Shown here: one piece after another, positions 44,333 to 61,819 of the stretch
How the letters are laid out: each line of letters starts with the position of its first letter
Position numbering within the stretch: the stretch's first letter is position 1
Assembly: GCA_028826165.1 (NCBI GenBank)
Contig: JAPDFW010000074.1
Location: 1 to 64,000 of the forward strand
Reading direction: 5' to 3'
Length of the DNA: 64,000 bases
Source: Anaeramoeba ignava BMAN
Taxonomy: Eukaryota; Protista; Anaeramoebae
Made by a program: the position numbers and the translations under genes
The notes under the pieces: generated by a model
Seen by the model: the letters and a program-made list of their open reading frames with translations, nothing else
What the model was told of the DNA's origin: nothing
Databases searched by the model: none

Positions 44333-47300
44333 ATGAATAATTATTATACTTGGATAAGTCCAGTTTGTTCTATGCTTCAAATTCGTTATGTTGGTAAACA
44401 GAAATTAAAAATATTTATAGATTTTCTTTTTCAAGAATTATCAAATTCTTTACTTCAACAAATACCAAATCGAAAGTAAATTAGAAAAACAAAAAACAAA
44501 TCAAAAAATTCAAAACAAAAAAAAAATTCTAATTTTCTTTTTGAATTTTTTCTCTCTTTTTTTTTTCAAAGTGATTTATCAAATTCAGATAAACATAAAA
44601 TTATAAAAACTTTATTATCATTCTTAAAAGAAATTGAAGATCCAAAAAGCAAATGGAATTCAATAAAAAATTCATTAACAATTAAAGAAACTTATGGATT
44701 AATTTTTTTTTGGATTGTTGATATTATTAGAAGTTATTCTGAAATTAATGAAAAAGAAAATGTTGATTTTATTGTTGATTCTTCTGTTGAAATTTTTCAA
44801 AAAATTTCCAATTTAATTATTTTTGTGAAACAAGAAATTTCTCATTTAATTCCTCAAGAAATTTTATTTGATATTTTCCAAGTCATTTCTAAATGTTCAT
44901 CTGGATTTTTATCTGAAAATGAAATTTTAAATATTCAAGAAATTATTGAAAAAAACGAAAACAAGAAAACATCTTCAACCTTTCATGTATAAATTAATTT
45001 TTTTGAATTTATTTTTTTTGAAATTTATTTTTTTTTGAAATTAATTTTTTTTTTAGAATCGATTTTCACATATTATTTCAGTATTTGAAAACCAGAAAAA
45101 TGATTTGACACAAAAAATATTGAAAGAAAAAATTGGAATGAATTCTCAAAACCCAAATCTTTTAAAAAATAAAGAAATTGAAAATAAACAAAAAAATGTT
45201 GATTCAAAATTGATTACTAAAAGAATACGAAATAAAAAAGTTAATTTTTTTGTTGAAAATCAAATTGAAAATCAAATTGAAAATGAAAATCAAATTGAAA
45301 ATCAAAATGAAAATCAAAATCAAAATCAAAATCAAAATAAAAATCTAAATCAAAATCAAAATCAAAATGAAAATGAAAATCAAAATCAAAATGAAAATCT
45401 AAATCTAAATCTAAATATAAATATAAATGAAGATGATTCATATTCAGAAAATGAAAAAGATTCATATTCAGAAAATCAAAAAGATTCATATTCAGAAAAT
45501 CAAAAAGATTCATATTCAGAAAATCAAAAAGATTTATATTCAGAAAATCAAAAAAATTTATATTCAGAAAATCAAAAAAATTTATATTCAGAAAATCAAA
45601 AAAATTTATATTCAGAAAATCAAAAAAATTTAAAAGTTAATCAAAAAGAACAAAATATAAACTCACCAACAGAACAAGAAGTTAATTATTTCCTTAATCC
45701 AAATAATATGGATCAAAATATCATTTCTCCAAGACAAAAAATTACTAGTCAATCTTTCAACATGAATTCAGGAGAATCAAAAACAAATTCTAAACTTCAT
45801 AAAAACGAAGTTTCTAGAAGTGAATATTTCAAAAAAGTGATTATTGAAGATAATCCATCATTAAATCAAGAAAATCTTGAAAATGAGGATGAAATGCAAA
45901 CAAAAATAAGAAAATCAGATAGCAAAGAAAATAACAACAAAGAATTTCGATGGAGTTTTGATGATTTATTAGATGAAAAAGAAATGGATGAAGATTTAAC
46001 ATTTTTTCCTAACAAAAGAGGAGTTGAATATAATGTCAATTATAATAATTTCACTAAAACTGGAGCACCTGATCCAAATAAATTTTTCAAATTTTATATC
46101 AAACTTGTAAATAACGACCGACTTTCTATCAGCACAATTCCATTAGAAACAACTGCACAAGCTTTGGTTGATTATTTTACAGAACATAAGGAGCTTTCTG
46201 GCAAGTATGGATTGTTTGCAGTTATTGATAGTGTTGAATTTTTTCGCAGAACAACATCGAAAAAAAACCTTGAGGAAATATCACGAAATTTTAAGGATTT
46301 AATTGTTGTTATTTATCGAGGATTTTTTATTCCTCCAGAGGATTTGATGGATAAATATTTAATCAATTACTCGTTTTTTTTGAAGGAAATTGTGGAAGAA
46401 ATTGATTTATTACTTCCACCGCTTGAAAATGAAAGAATTCCTTTAACTTCCAAAATTCCAATTTCAACTCAAGTATCAATTTGTGTTAAAAAATTAGCGA
46501 AAAAATATAAAGTTTCAACTTCTGATTTTGGATTGTTTTTAAGAGTGACTGAGAACCCATTTTCACAGGAGTTTCTCCAATCAAGTTATTGGTCAGCTTA
46601 TCAAAATAATCTTTGTTATGTTTCTTTTGATAAAGAAAAAAATGAAGCCAATTATGAAAGATTGGTTTGTTTCATGGAAATTACAGAAGCAAATAGTCAT
46701 TTTAAACAGAGTTAGTATTTTGAAAAAAAGCAATAAATTTGGTATTTGGCTTGATCCAAGATCGAAGAGAACAATACATTCATATGTGATTCCTTTAGTT
46801 GTAAGCAAAAAAGCAATATTAATTTTTAATTTCAAAATGAAATTTTTAATTTTTAATTTTAAAATGAATTTTTATTTTTTAGACTCAATACAATTTATAC
46901 CTCAAATTCCAACCAAAACCTTATGTGATCAATTTTGTAATCGAAAGCGAAACTGAGGATAAAATTCTTTATAAACAATTACTTGTTGATCCAACTGCAA
47001 AATGTGGAGATTTAGTTCAAGAAATTTCCACACATTATTTTTTAGCAAGAAACAATTTAATATATTTTTTATTCCAATTAAAATACATTCAAGATGAAGA
47101 AAAATATGAGAACCGAAACAAGAAGATTGAGATTACTGAGCTTATTTTATTAGAAAAAAACTCGAATTTGATGGAGCAAAATGTTGGACCAAATTCAACA
47201 CTTCGTCTTGTATTTTTTTTGAAGCAATCCAAATTGAATTTCACTGTTGGAATTGAAAATACAATTGATCTTGAACAATCTTCAGAAAATATTAATTTAT

Positions 47301-49531
47301 GGGCTGAAATGCTTCGATATCCTGCAAATTTTATATTACATACAGAAAAGGAAATTGAAAGTGAAAAGCAAAATTTCATTCGAGAATTGCAAATTCGAAA
47401 GCAATTCAAAAACGGATTGAAAAAGGAAAACAATATGAATATTTTCTTCAAATTTAGAGGAACAACTTTTAACAAGGCGATTGAAATGTTGACTTCGCCC
47501 AAAACACATTCACATTTTTTCATGAAAATGATTTTTTATTTACTTCCAACAATTTTGGATGATGAGGAAGTTTTCTTTTTGAAATTGAAGGAGAGATTTA
47601 TATTTCCAGATAATATTGATATTCCGATGGAAACGAAAGAAAATATCCAAAAATTAGTTGTTGAAATTCTTGTGAAATATTTGAAGTTCAAACACAAAAG
47701 AAATTTCACATTGAAAAAAAGTCAATATAATTTCGCATCTGATTTTGTTCGGAATTTTCTATTACTTCATTCAAAATCGCATTTCCGATCGCAAGGATGT
47801 TTGATTGAATTGCTTCTGTTGAAGTTTCGGCAGAGCCAATTGATTAATGATAATACAGAATTTAGACAATATGAAGATGGAGATGAAAATGAAAATGAAA
47901 TGGAAGATGATATTCAATCTCATTTTACTGCGAGTTTTTGTGAAGTTGATACAAGTGATGGTGATAATTCAATATCTGATGAAGAAGATGATGTTTTTTT
48001 ATCTAAATTTAATGATGATAATATAAACGATTCAAAGAACAAGATTAATAAGAATAAGAATAAGAATAAGAATAAGAATAAGAATAAGAAAAATCAACAA
48101 ATTAAAAATGATAAAAGTATTCAAACTGTAAAGAATCATCGAAATTTAAAAGGCATTCGGAATGTGAAAATAATTGAAAATAATAAAAATGAAGAAATTA
48201 AAAATGAAGAAATTAAAAATGATATTAAAAATGATGATATTAAAAATGAAGATATTAAAAATGAAGATATTAAAAATGAAGATATTAAAAATGATATTAA
48301 TTCAAATAATTCAAATAATCAAAATGATGATGATAGTGATGATAATGAAAATGATGAAGATGTTCAATTTGCTTTTTCCTTTTTTAAAAATTTAGGAAAT
48401 TCAAGAAAAATTCAAACAGTACAAGAAAATATCCAAAATGAATTAAAAAAAAATCGAAAAGAAAAAAAAAAAAAAGAAAAAGAAAAACAAAAAGAAAAAG
48501 AAAAAGAAAAAGAAAATAATAATAATAATGAAAAAGAAAAAGAAAAGAATCAAAATCAAAATCAAACTAAATATTCATCATTTGTTGATTTAATCATTAA
48601 TCAAATTGGATCAAACCAAAAGAAATTTGAAACAGGCAAAGTAATAAATAATTTGAATCAAGATTCATCAGTATCGAATCAAATATTTTTATCACTAAGA
48701 CAAATGCACCATCGATCCATTCTAAGCTTCAGCGCAGCAGAATTTGCGCGACAATTATCATTGATCACATTCAATCAATTTCGCAAAATTCAAATTCCAG
48801 AACTTTTTATTGGAATACAATCACAACAAAAAATATTCACAAATAACGCACCAAAAACTTTATCCCGAAATGTTCAAGCAATGATTGATGGATTTAATAA
48901 AATTGCGGATTGGGTTTCTTTGTCAATTTTGGAAGAAGAAAATTTGGAAGGAAGAATTAAATTGATTTGCAAATTTATTAAGATTGCTTCTTATTTGAAG
49001 GATTATCAAAATTATCATGATTTCATTGCGATTATTTCCGGATTGCAAAATAATTGTGTGTTTAGATTGGAAAAAACTTGGGCAAATGTTCCTGATAAAC
49101 CATTGCAACAATTTCGTTCACTTGATTCTTTTACTGCAGAAGGTCATTTTAAGAACTTGCGTCAAGCAGTTCGCGAAAAAGAACCAACTTTGATTCCCTA
49201 TTTGGGTGTTTATTTAGCAGATTTTACTTTTCTTGAAGAATTATCTGAAAAAATTGAAAATAATTTGATTAATTGGTCGAAAAAAAGACGTATTTTTGCT
49301 AGTTTGTTTCAAATTACTTGTTTCCAAAAAACAATGTATAGTTTTCCTTTTAATGAATACATTCATGATTTTATTATTTCCATTTCTCCTTCAATTAGAA
49401 ATGAAGATGATTTTTGGGATTTATCTTTAAAAATTGAACCAATGCCAAATCTAAATATAAATATAAATCCAAATCTAAATATAAATCAAAATCAAAATCA
49501 AATTGAAATTGAAATTGAAAATCAAAAATAA
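44333..49531 (+). CDS. RasGEF (REM + CDC25 domain) protein with a long N-terminal extension, multi-exon
   Basis: CDC25 motifs AEFARQLSLI, FNKIADWVSLSIL, NYHDFIAIISGL..RLEKTW, IPYLGVYLADFTF, NLINWSK. Upstream exons from ATG 44333 are joined by GT-AG introns (for example ~44476-44550 and 46801-46881). The exact 5' structure is uncertain. Confidence 0.75.
45430..45630 (+). repeat. 24-nt coding tandem repeat (D/N)(S/L)YSENQK, about 8 copies
   Basis: Seen directly in ORF 45105-46715. Confidence 0.85.
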
Positions 49532-49783
49532 TAAAAATAAAAATAAAAATAAAAATTTGAATTGAATTGAAAGAATTAAATTTTGTTTTTTAATTAACTT
49601 TGTTTTGAATTGAATTGAATTGAATTGAATTAAATTTAGTTTTTTTTTTTTGTTATTCTTTGATTGAATTTAAAAAAAAAAAAACTAAATTTAAAAAAAT
49701 CAAATTGAAAATCAAAAATCAATTTGATAAAATTGGAAAAGAAAAAAGAAGAAGAAAGAAATTTGAAAATAAGCTAAATAAGC

Positions 49784-50927
<1,144 letters not shown>

Positions 50928-51149
50928 TTAAAATTGTTTTTGTTTTTGTTTTTGTTTTTTAAAAAAGTAAAAAAGAAAAAAGAAATGAAAAAATAAAAAA
51001 ATTTTTTTTCTTTTTTAAATTAATTTTAATGATGATTCATTGTATTAAAAATGATAATAATGATTTATTATTGATTTTTAATTAAATTTTAATTAAATTA
51101 CAATTAAATTACAATTAAAATTAAATTATTTTTTTTTCCGATTTAAATT

Positions 51150-51450
51150 TTAATTAAATTTTAATTAGATTTTAATTAGATTTTAATTAGATTTTATTTA
51201 AATTTTAATTAGATTTTAATTAGATTTTAATTAGATTTTAATTAAATTTAAATTAGATTTTAATTAGATTTTAATTAAATTTTAATTAGATTTTAATTAG
51301 ATTTTAATTTAATTTTTTAAATTAGATTTTAATTAAATTTTAATTAGATTTTAATTAGATTTTAATTAAATTTAATTATATTTTAATTAGATTTTAATTA
51401 GATTTTTTAATTAAATTTTAATTAGATTTTAATTAGATTTTAATTAAATT
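51150..51450. repeat. 11-nt tandem repeat (AGATTTTAATT)n upstream of polyubiquitin; also at 58150-58410
   Basis: Seen directly. Confidence 0.8.
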
Positions 51451-51664
51451 ATTTTTTTTTCCGATTTAATTTTTTTTAAATTTAAATAATAAAAAAAATA
51501 ATTAATAACTTATAAAATCTAAAATAAAATTTAAAAGAAATAATAATAATAATATTATATTTGTTTTGATTATTTCCTTAAAAAGAAAAAAAATTGATTT
51601 ATTAAATTTTTTTGGAATTAATTAAAATAAAAAATATTCCAAAAAAAAAAGCAAATAAAAAGAG

Positions 51665-53085
51665 AAATTGAATTTGGAATTGATATTGAATTTGAAATTT
51701 AATATTGAATTTGAAATTGAAATTGAAATTGAATTTAATATTGATATTGAATTTGAAATTGAATTTAATATTGAATTTGAATTTGATATTGAATTTGATA
51801 TTGAATTTGATATTGAATTTGATATTTAATTTAATATTGAATTTGAAATTGAATTTGAAATTGAATTTGATATTGAAATTGAATTTGAATTTGAAATTTA
51901 ATTTAAAATTGAAATTAATATTGAAATTGATATTGAAATTGATATTGAATTTGATATTGAATTTAATATTAATATTTGAATTTGATATTGAATTTGATAT
52001 GAAATTTAATATTGAATTTAATATTGAATTTGATATTGAATTTGATATTGAATTTGATATTGAATTTGATATTGAATTTGATATTGAATTTGATATTGAA
52101 TTTAATATTGAATTTAATATTGAATTTGATATTGAATTTGATATTGAATTTGATATTGAATTTGATATTGAATTTGATATTGAATTTGAAATTGAATTTA
52201 ATATTGAAATTGATATTGAATTTGATATTGAATTTAATATTGAATTTAATATTGAAATTGATATTTAATTTGATATTGAATTTGATATTGAATTTAATAT
52301 TTAATTTAATATTGAATTTGATATTGAATTTAATATTTAATTTAATATTGAATTTGATATTGAATTTAATATTTAATTTAATATTGAATTTGAATTTGAA
52401 ATTGAATTTGATATTGAATTTAATATTTAATTTAATATTGAATTTGAATTTGAAATTGAATTTGATATTGAATTTAATATTTAATTTGATATTGAATTTG
52501 ATATTGAATTTAATATTGAATTTGATATTGAATTTGATATTGAATTTGAATTTAATTTAATATTGAATTTGAATTTGAAATTGAATTTGATATTGAATTT
52601 AATATTTAATTTAATATTGAATTTGAAATTGAATTTGATATTGAATTTAATATTTAATTTGATATTGAATTTAATATTGAATTTGATATTGAATTTGATA
52701 TTGAATTTGATATTGAATTTGATATTGAATTTGATATTGAATTTAATATTGAATTTGAAATTGAATTTGATATTGAATTTAATATTGAATTTAATATTGA
52801 ATTTGATATTGAATTTGATATTGAATTTAATATTGAATTTGATATTGAATTTAATATTGAATTTGAAATTGATATTGAATTTGAAATTGAATTTGATATT
52901 GAAATTGAAATTGAATTTGATATTGAATTTGATATTGAATTTAATATTGAATTTGATATTGAATTTGAAATTGAATTTGATATTGAATTTGATATTGAAT
53001 TTGAATTTGAATTTGATATTGAATTTGAAATTGAATTTGATATTGAATTTAATATTGAATTTGAAATTGAATTTGATATTGGATT
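51665..53085. repeat. ~1.4 kb (ATTGAATTTGAT)-type 12-mer/hexamer microsatellite
   Basis: Seen directly; it produces the LNLI/EFDI ORFs. Confidence 0.9.
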
Positions 53086-53091
53086 TCATAT

Positions 53092-53490
53092 TTAAAAAAT
53101 TCTGCAACAACTACAACATTTTTTGTCTGATTTTGATTTAACAACAGGATCAGGAATAAGAGGATCATCTATTTTATCATCTATTTGATTATCTTGTTTA
53201 TTATCTTGTTTATTATCTTGTTCATTATCTTGTTCATTATCTTGTTCATTATCTTGTTTATTATCTACTATAAATACATTTAAAATTGAACCATTTGTTA
53301 TTCCATATTCTTTTATTGTTTTATTGTTTTCAAGTTCAGTAGTATCAAGTAATAATTTTTGTTCATTTACTCCAAAATTTTTTTTTTGTTTTGAAATTAA
53401 TTGTTTAATTTTTTTTATTTTTTGATTTTCATTAATTTCAACTTCAATTTCTTCTCCAGTTAATGTATTTATTGTAATTTTAATAGACAT
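53092..53490 (-). CDS. Ubiquitin-like domain + acidic QDN(E/K) linker + CCSCCRIF CaaX tail
   Basis: MSIKITINTLTGEEIEVEI...EQKLL....LENNKTIKEYGITNGSILNVFIV aligns with the ubiquitin fold; no diGly; Cys cluster and CaaX. Confidence 0.82.
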   Translation of the reverse strand: MSIKITINTLTGEEIEVEINENQKIKKIKQLISKQKKNFGVNEQKLLLDTTELENNKTIKEYGITNGSILNVFIVDNKQDNEQDNEQDNEQDNKQDNKQDNQIDDKIDDPLIPDPVVKSKSDKKCCSCCRIF

Positions 53491-53725
53491 TTTTGTTTGT
53501 TTTTTGTTTATTTTTGTTTATTTTTGATTTTTGTTGGAATTGTTGTTTGTTAAAAAAGAAAAAAATGAAAAAAAATGAAAAAAGTTTTGTTTTGTTTTTT
53601 AATTTTGAAATTAAATTGAATTGTTAAAGTTTTTTTTTGTGTTATTGATTTGAATAAAAATATAAGAAAACAAAAGTAAAATTTTTTTTCCGAATTTTTT
53701 TTTTTGGAAAATGAATTTAATTAAT

Positions 53726-54045
53726 TTAAAGAATTATGCAACAACCACAACAACCTGAATCTTTCTCAATAAGAGGAAAGGTTTCATCTCCAAAATTTCG
53801 GTTTTTGTTATTTTGTGCTAGAACTACATTTAAAATTGAACCATCTGTTATTCCATATTCTTTTATTCTTTTATTGTTTTCAAGAGTTGTAGTTTCATTT
53901 TGTTTTGTTAATTTTTGATCTTTTATTGGGTAATTTTTTTTTTGTTTTGAAATTAATTGTTTAATTTTTTTTATTTTTTCATTTTCATTCACTTCAACTT
54001 TAATTTCTTTTCCATTAAATGTATTTATTGTAATTTTGATAAAGT
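53726..54045 (-). CDS. Ubiquitin-like domain + CCGCCIIL CaaX tail (start codon not resolved)
   Basis: The frame extends upstream of the ORF call as FIKITINTFNGKEIKVEVNENEK. No ATG is visible in this copy, possibly because of a consensus error. Confidence 0.7.
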
Positions 54046-54369
54046 TTTTTCTTTTTTTTGTTGTTTTTTGTTGGAATTGTTGTTTGAAAAAAAAGGAAAA
54101 ATGGAAAAAGGAAAAATTTATTCAATAAAAATAAAAAGGAAAAATTTAAATTTTAAAATTTTTTTTAAAACAATTTTTAATTCTTTTTAAAACAATTTAA
54201 AAGTTAATTCTTTTTAAAAACAATTTAAAAGTTTTTTTGTTAATTTTTTTGATAAAAATTAATTAAAAAAAAAAATTTTTTTTTAATTTAATTTTTTTGA
54301 TTTAATTGAGATTTAATTTAGATTTATATTTATATTTATATTTATATTTAGATTTTAATTTATAATTAA

Positions 54370-54800
54370 TTTATATTTATATTTATATTAAGATTTTTAG
54401 AATTTTTAGATTTCCAAATTTTAGATTTCGGTTTTTGATTTATTTTAGATTTAGATTTAGATTTACATTTTAAAATTTGAACCATTTGATTTATATCCAT
54501 ATTCTTTTTTTAGATTTTTATTTGATTTCAAGATTTAGATTTAGTTTCATTTTTGATTTATATTTAGATTTTATTTTGATTTTTTATTTGGGATTTAGAT
54601 TTTTTTGATTTTGAAATTAATTTGATTTAATTTTTATTTTAGATTTTCATTCAGATTTTCAATTTTAATTTATTTTTCCATTAAATGTATTTATTTTTAT
54701 ATTTGATTTAGATTTTTTTCTTTCCATTTTGTTTTTGTTTTTGGAATTTGTATTTGAAAAAGGAAAAATGGAAAAAGGAAAATTTTATTCAATTTATTTA
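54370..54800 (-). pseudogene. Degenerate ghost copy of the 53726 UBL-CaaX gene interleaved with TTTAGA repeats
   Basis: Landmarks of the neighbouring gene (AAAATTTGAACCAT, CCATATTCTTTT, TTTGAAATTAATT, TTTTCCATTAAATGTATTT, GGAAAAATGGAAAAAGGAAA) occur in the same order but are broken by TTTAGA units. Confidence 0.5.
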
Positions 54801-54959
54801 GATTTAAAAAGGAAAAATTTTATTTAATTTTTTTTAGATTTTTTAAAACAATTTAAAGATTTAGATTTTAATTTCTTTTGAGATTTAGATTTAATTTTTA
54901 TTGATAAAAATATTTTAAAAATATTTATATTTAAAATTTATATTTTAATTTAATTTTAT

Positions 54960-55604
54960 TTTTGATTTATATTTGATTTAGATTTATATTTATATTTAGA
55001 TTTTAGATTTATTTTATATTTAGATTTAGATTTATATTATTTTAGATTTAGATTTTAGATTTTATATTTAGATTTAGATTTAGATTTGATTTAGATTTGA
55101 TTTGATTTAGATTTATATTTAGATTTGAGATTTAGATTTAGATTTAGATTTATATTTAGATTTATATTTATATTTATATTTAGATTTTAGATTTAGATTT
55201 ATATTTATATTTAGATTTATATTTATATTTACTCTTTGATTTATATTTAGATTTAGATTTAGATTTAGATTTATATTTATATTTAGATTTATATTTAGAT
55301 TTAGATTTAGATTTAGATTTAGATTTAGATTTAGATTTAGATTTAGATTTAGATTTAGATTTATATTTAGATTTAGATTTAGATTTAGATTTATATTTAG
55401 ATTTAGATTTATATTTAGATTTAGATTTAGATTTAGATTTAGATTTAGATTTAGATTTAGATTTAGATTTAGATTTAGATTTAGATTTATATTTAGATTT
55501 ATATTTAGATTTATATTTATATTTATATTTAGATTTAGATTTAGATTTAGATTTAGATTTAGATTTAGATTTAGATTTATATTTAGATTTAGATTTAGAT
55601 TTAT
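54960..55604. repeat. (TTTAGA/TTTATA)n microsatellite
   Basis: Seen directly; it produces the KSKSKS ORF. Confidence 0.9.
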
Positions 55605-56003
55605 TTAAAAAATAATGCATCTTTTTTTCTTTGGTTTATTTTTTTTGTTTTTGTTTTTGTTTTTGTTATTCTTTGATTGATTTTGAGGATTTGATTTATT
55701 ATTTGTTTCATCCTTTTTTTCTTTTGTTTCATTTTTTGTTTCATTTTCTATTGGTGTTTCTGGTTCACTTGATTGTGGATCTACTATAAATATATTTAGA
55801 ATTGAATCATTTTTTATTCCATATTCTTTTATTGTTTTATTGTTTTCAAGTTTAACATCATCAAACATTAATTTTTGTTCATTTATTGGAATTTCTTTTT
55901 CTTTTGAAATTAATTGTTTAATTTCTTTTATTTTTTGATTTTCATTCATTTCAACTTTAATTTCTTCTCCAGTTAATGTATTTATTGTAATTTTAATAGA
56001 CAT
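55605..56003 (-). CDS. Ubiquitin-like domain + polybasic tail + CIIF CaaX
   Basis: UBL as in the paralogs; ends KNKKNKPKKKRCIIF. Confidence 0.85.
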   Translation of the reverse strand: MSIKITINTLTGEEIKVEMNENQKIKEIKQLISKEKEIPINEQKLMFDDVKLENNKTIKEYGIKNDSILNIFIVDPQSSEPETPIENETKNETKEKKDETNNKSNPQNQSKNNKNKNKNKKNKPKKKRCIIF

Positions 56004-56330
56004 TTTTCTTTGTTTCTTGTTGTTTTTGTTTTTGTTTTTGTTTTTGTTTTTGTTTTTTGAAAAATGAAAAAAAAAAAGGAAAAAAATGGAAAAATAAAAA
56101 TTTGAATTGAATTGAATTGAAAGAATTAAATTTTGTTTTTTAATTAAACTTTGTTTTGAATTGAATTGAATTGAATTAAATTTAGTTTTTTTTTTTTGTT
56201 ATTCTTTGATTGAACTTTAAAAAAAAAAAAACTAAATTTAAAAAAATCAAATTGAAAATCAAAAATCAATTTGATAAAATTGGAAAAGAAAAAGAAAGAA
56301 GAAAGAAATTTGAAAATAAGCTAAATAAGC

Positions 56331-57929
<1,599 letters not shown>

Positions 57930-58684
57930 TTAAAGTTGTTTTTGTTTTTGTTTTTGTTTTTTAAAAAGTAAAAAAGAAAAAAGAAATGAAAAAAATAAAA
58001 AAATTTTTTTTCTTTTTTAAATTAATTTTAATGATGATTCATTGTATTAAAAAAATGATAATAATGATTTATTATTGATTTTTTAATTAAATTTTAATTA
58101 AATTACAATTAAATTACAATTAAAATTAAATTATTTTTTTTTCCGATTTAAATTTTAATTAAATTATAATTAGATTATAATTAGATTTTAATTAGATTTT
58201 AATTAAATTTTAATTAAATTTTATTTAAATTTTAATTAGATTTTAATTAAATTATAATTAAATTATAATTAGATTTTAATTAGATTTTAATTAGATTTTA
58301 TTTAAATTTTAATTAAATTTTATTTAAATTTTAATTAGATTTTAATTAAATTTTAATTAAATTTTAATTAGATTTTAATTAAATTTTAATTAAATTTTAA
58401 TTAGATTTTAATTATTTTTTTTTCCGATTTAATTTTTTTAAATTTGAATAATAAAAAAAATAATTAATAACTTATAAAATCTAAAATAAAATTTAAAAGA
58501 AATAATAATAATATTATTATATTTGTTTTGATTATTTCCTTAAAAAGAAAAAAAATTGATTTATTAAATTTTTTTGGAATTAATTAAAATAAAAAATATT
58601 CCAAAAAAAAAAGCAAATAAAAAGAGAAATTGGATTTCATATTGGATTTGAAATTGAATTTGGATTTGATATTGAATTTAATAT

Positions 58685-59144
58685 TTAAAAAATTCTGCAA
58701 CAACCACAACATTTTTTGTCTGATTTTGATTTAGCAACATTATCATGCACAAGAGGAGAGGTTTCAGTAGGTTTTTTTTTGTTTTCTTCATCTTTTGTTT
58801 CATTTTTTGATTCATCTTTTGTTTCATCTTTTGATTCATCTTCTGTTTCATCTTCTGTTTCATCTTTTGTTTCATCTTTTGGTTCATTTTCTATTGGTGT
58901 TTTTGGTTCACTTGATTGTGCTACTATAAATATATTTAAAATTGAATCATCTTTTATTCCATATTCTTTTATTGTTTTATTGTTTTCAAGTACATTATTA
59001 TCAAGCACTAATTTTTGGTCTTTTATTGGAATTTCTTTTTCTTTTAAAATTAATTCTTTAATTTCTTGAATTTTTTGGTTTTCATTCACTTCAACTTCAA
59101 TTCCTTCTCCAGTTAATGTATTTAATTGTAATTTTAATAGACAT
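58685..59144 (-). CDS. Ubiquitin-like domain + acidic DETK linker + CCGCCRIF CaaX tail (1-nt insertion near 59124)
   Basis: ATG at 59144 gives MSIKIT; an extra base follows and the UBL continues in ORF 58685-59089. Confidence 0.8.
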
Positions 59145-59487
59145 TTTTCTTTTTTGTTTTTGTTTTTGTTGTTTCTTGTTTTTTGTTTTTTGAAAAATGA
59201 AAAAAAAAAGGAAAAAAAATGAAAAAAAAAATTTTGCTTTTTTCCTTTTTTTCCTTTTTTTCCTTTTTATTAATTTTTTAATTTGGGAAAAAATTTATTT
59301 AATAAAAATAATAAAATTAAATTGAATTTTATTTAAATTTCTTTTTTAAAACAATTTAAAAGTTAATTCTTTTGATTAATTTTTTTTATTGATAAAAAAT
59401 TAATTCAAAAAAAAAGGAAAAAATTTGAAATTGAATTTGAAATTGAATTTGAATTTGATATTGAATTTGATATTTAATTTGATTTAT

Positions 59488-59916
59488 TTAAATAATAATG
59501 CAACATGGATCATCTTTTGTTTCATCTTTTGTTTCATCTTTTGATTCATCATTTGATTCATTTTTTGATTCATCATTTGATTCATCTTTTGATTCATCAT
59601 TTGATTCATCTTTTGGTTCATTTCCTATTGGTGTTTTTGGTTCATCTTTTGGTTCATTTTCTATTGATGTTTCTGATTCACTTGATTGTGGATCTACGAA
59701 AAATACATCTAAAACTGAACCATTTTTTATTCCATATTCTTTTATTGTTTTATTGTTTTCAAGTTTAACATCATCAAACATTAATTTTTGTTCATTTATT
59801 GGAATTTCTTTTTCTTTTGAAATTAATTGTTTAATTTCTTTTATTTTTTGATTTTCATTCATTTCAACTTTAATTTCTTCTCCAGTTAATGTATTTATTG
59901 TAATTTTAATAGACAT
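59488..59916 (-). CDS. Ubiquitin-like domain + acidic DES(K/N) linker + CCIII CaaX tail
   Basis: The first ~65 aa are identical to the 55605 gene; the tail is different and ends DDPCCIII. Confidence 0.85.
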   Translation of the reverse strand: MSIKITINTLTGEEIKVEMNENQKIKEIKQLISKEKEIPINEQKLMFDDVKLENNKTIKEYGIKNGSVLDVFFVDPQSSESETSIENEPKDEPKTPIGNEPKDESNDESKDESNDESKNESNDESKDETKDETKDDPCCIII

Positions 59917-60228
59917 TTTTCTTTGTTTCTTGTTGTTTTTGTTTTTGTTTTTGTTTTTGTTTTTTGAAAAATGAAAAAAAAAAAGGAAAAAAATGGAAAA
60001 AAATAAAAATTTGAATTGAATTGAAAGAATTAAATTTTGTTTTTTAATTAACTTTGTTTTGAATTGAATTGAATTAAATTTAGTTTTTTTTTGTTGTTAT
60101 TCTTTGATTGAATTTTAAAAAAAAAAAAACTAAATTTAAAAAAATCAAATTGAAAATCAAAAATCAATTTGATAAAATTGGAAAAGAAAAAAGAAGAAGA
60201 AAGAAATTTGAAAATAAGCTAAATAAGC

Positions 60229-61600
<1,372 letters not shown>

Positions 61601-61819
61601 TTAAAATTGTTTTTGTTTTTGTTTTTGTTTTTAAAAAAAGTAAAAAAGAAAAAAATGAAAAAATAAAAAAAATTTTTTTTCTTTTTTAAATTAATTTTAA
61701 TGATGATTCATTGTATTAAAAAAATGATAATAATGATTTATTATTGATTTTTTAATTTTTCCGATTTTTATTTTTCATTTTTTTCTTTCTTTTTTCCTAT
61801 TAAAAAATATTATTATAAA

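Noticed and set aside
51130-51470. TTTTCCGATTT motif as a stress-response element upstream of polyubiquitin and Cpn10
   Set aside because: The polyUb copies are not independent (duplicated flanks), and the same word appears in introns and 3' regions (for example ~6525, ~40975, ~62927, ~63281).
54960-55604. Telomere-like repeat (TTTAGA)n
   Set aside because: It is interstitial, mixed with TTTATA, lacks G-runs, and resembles the other hexamer arrays at gene 3' ends.
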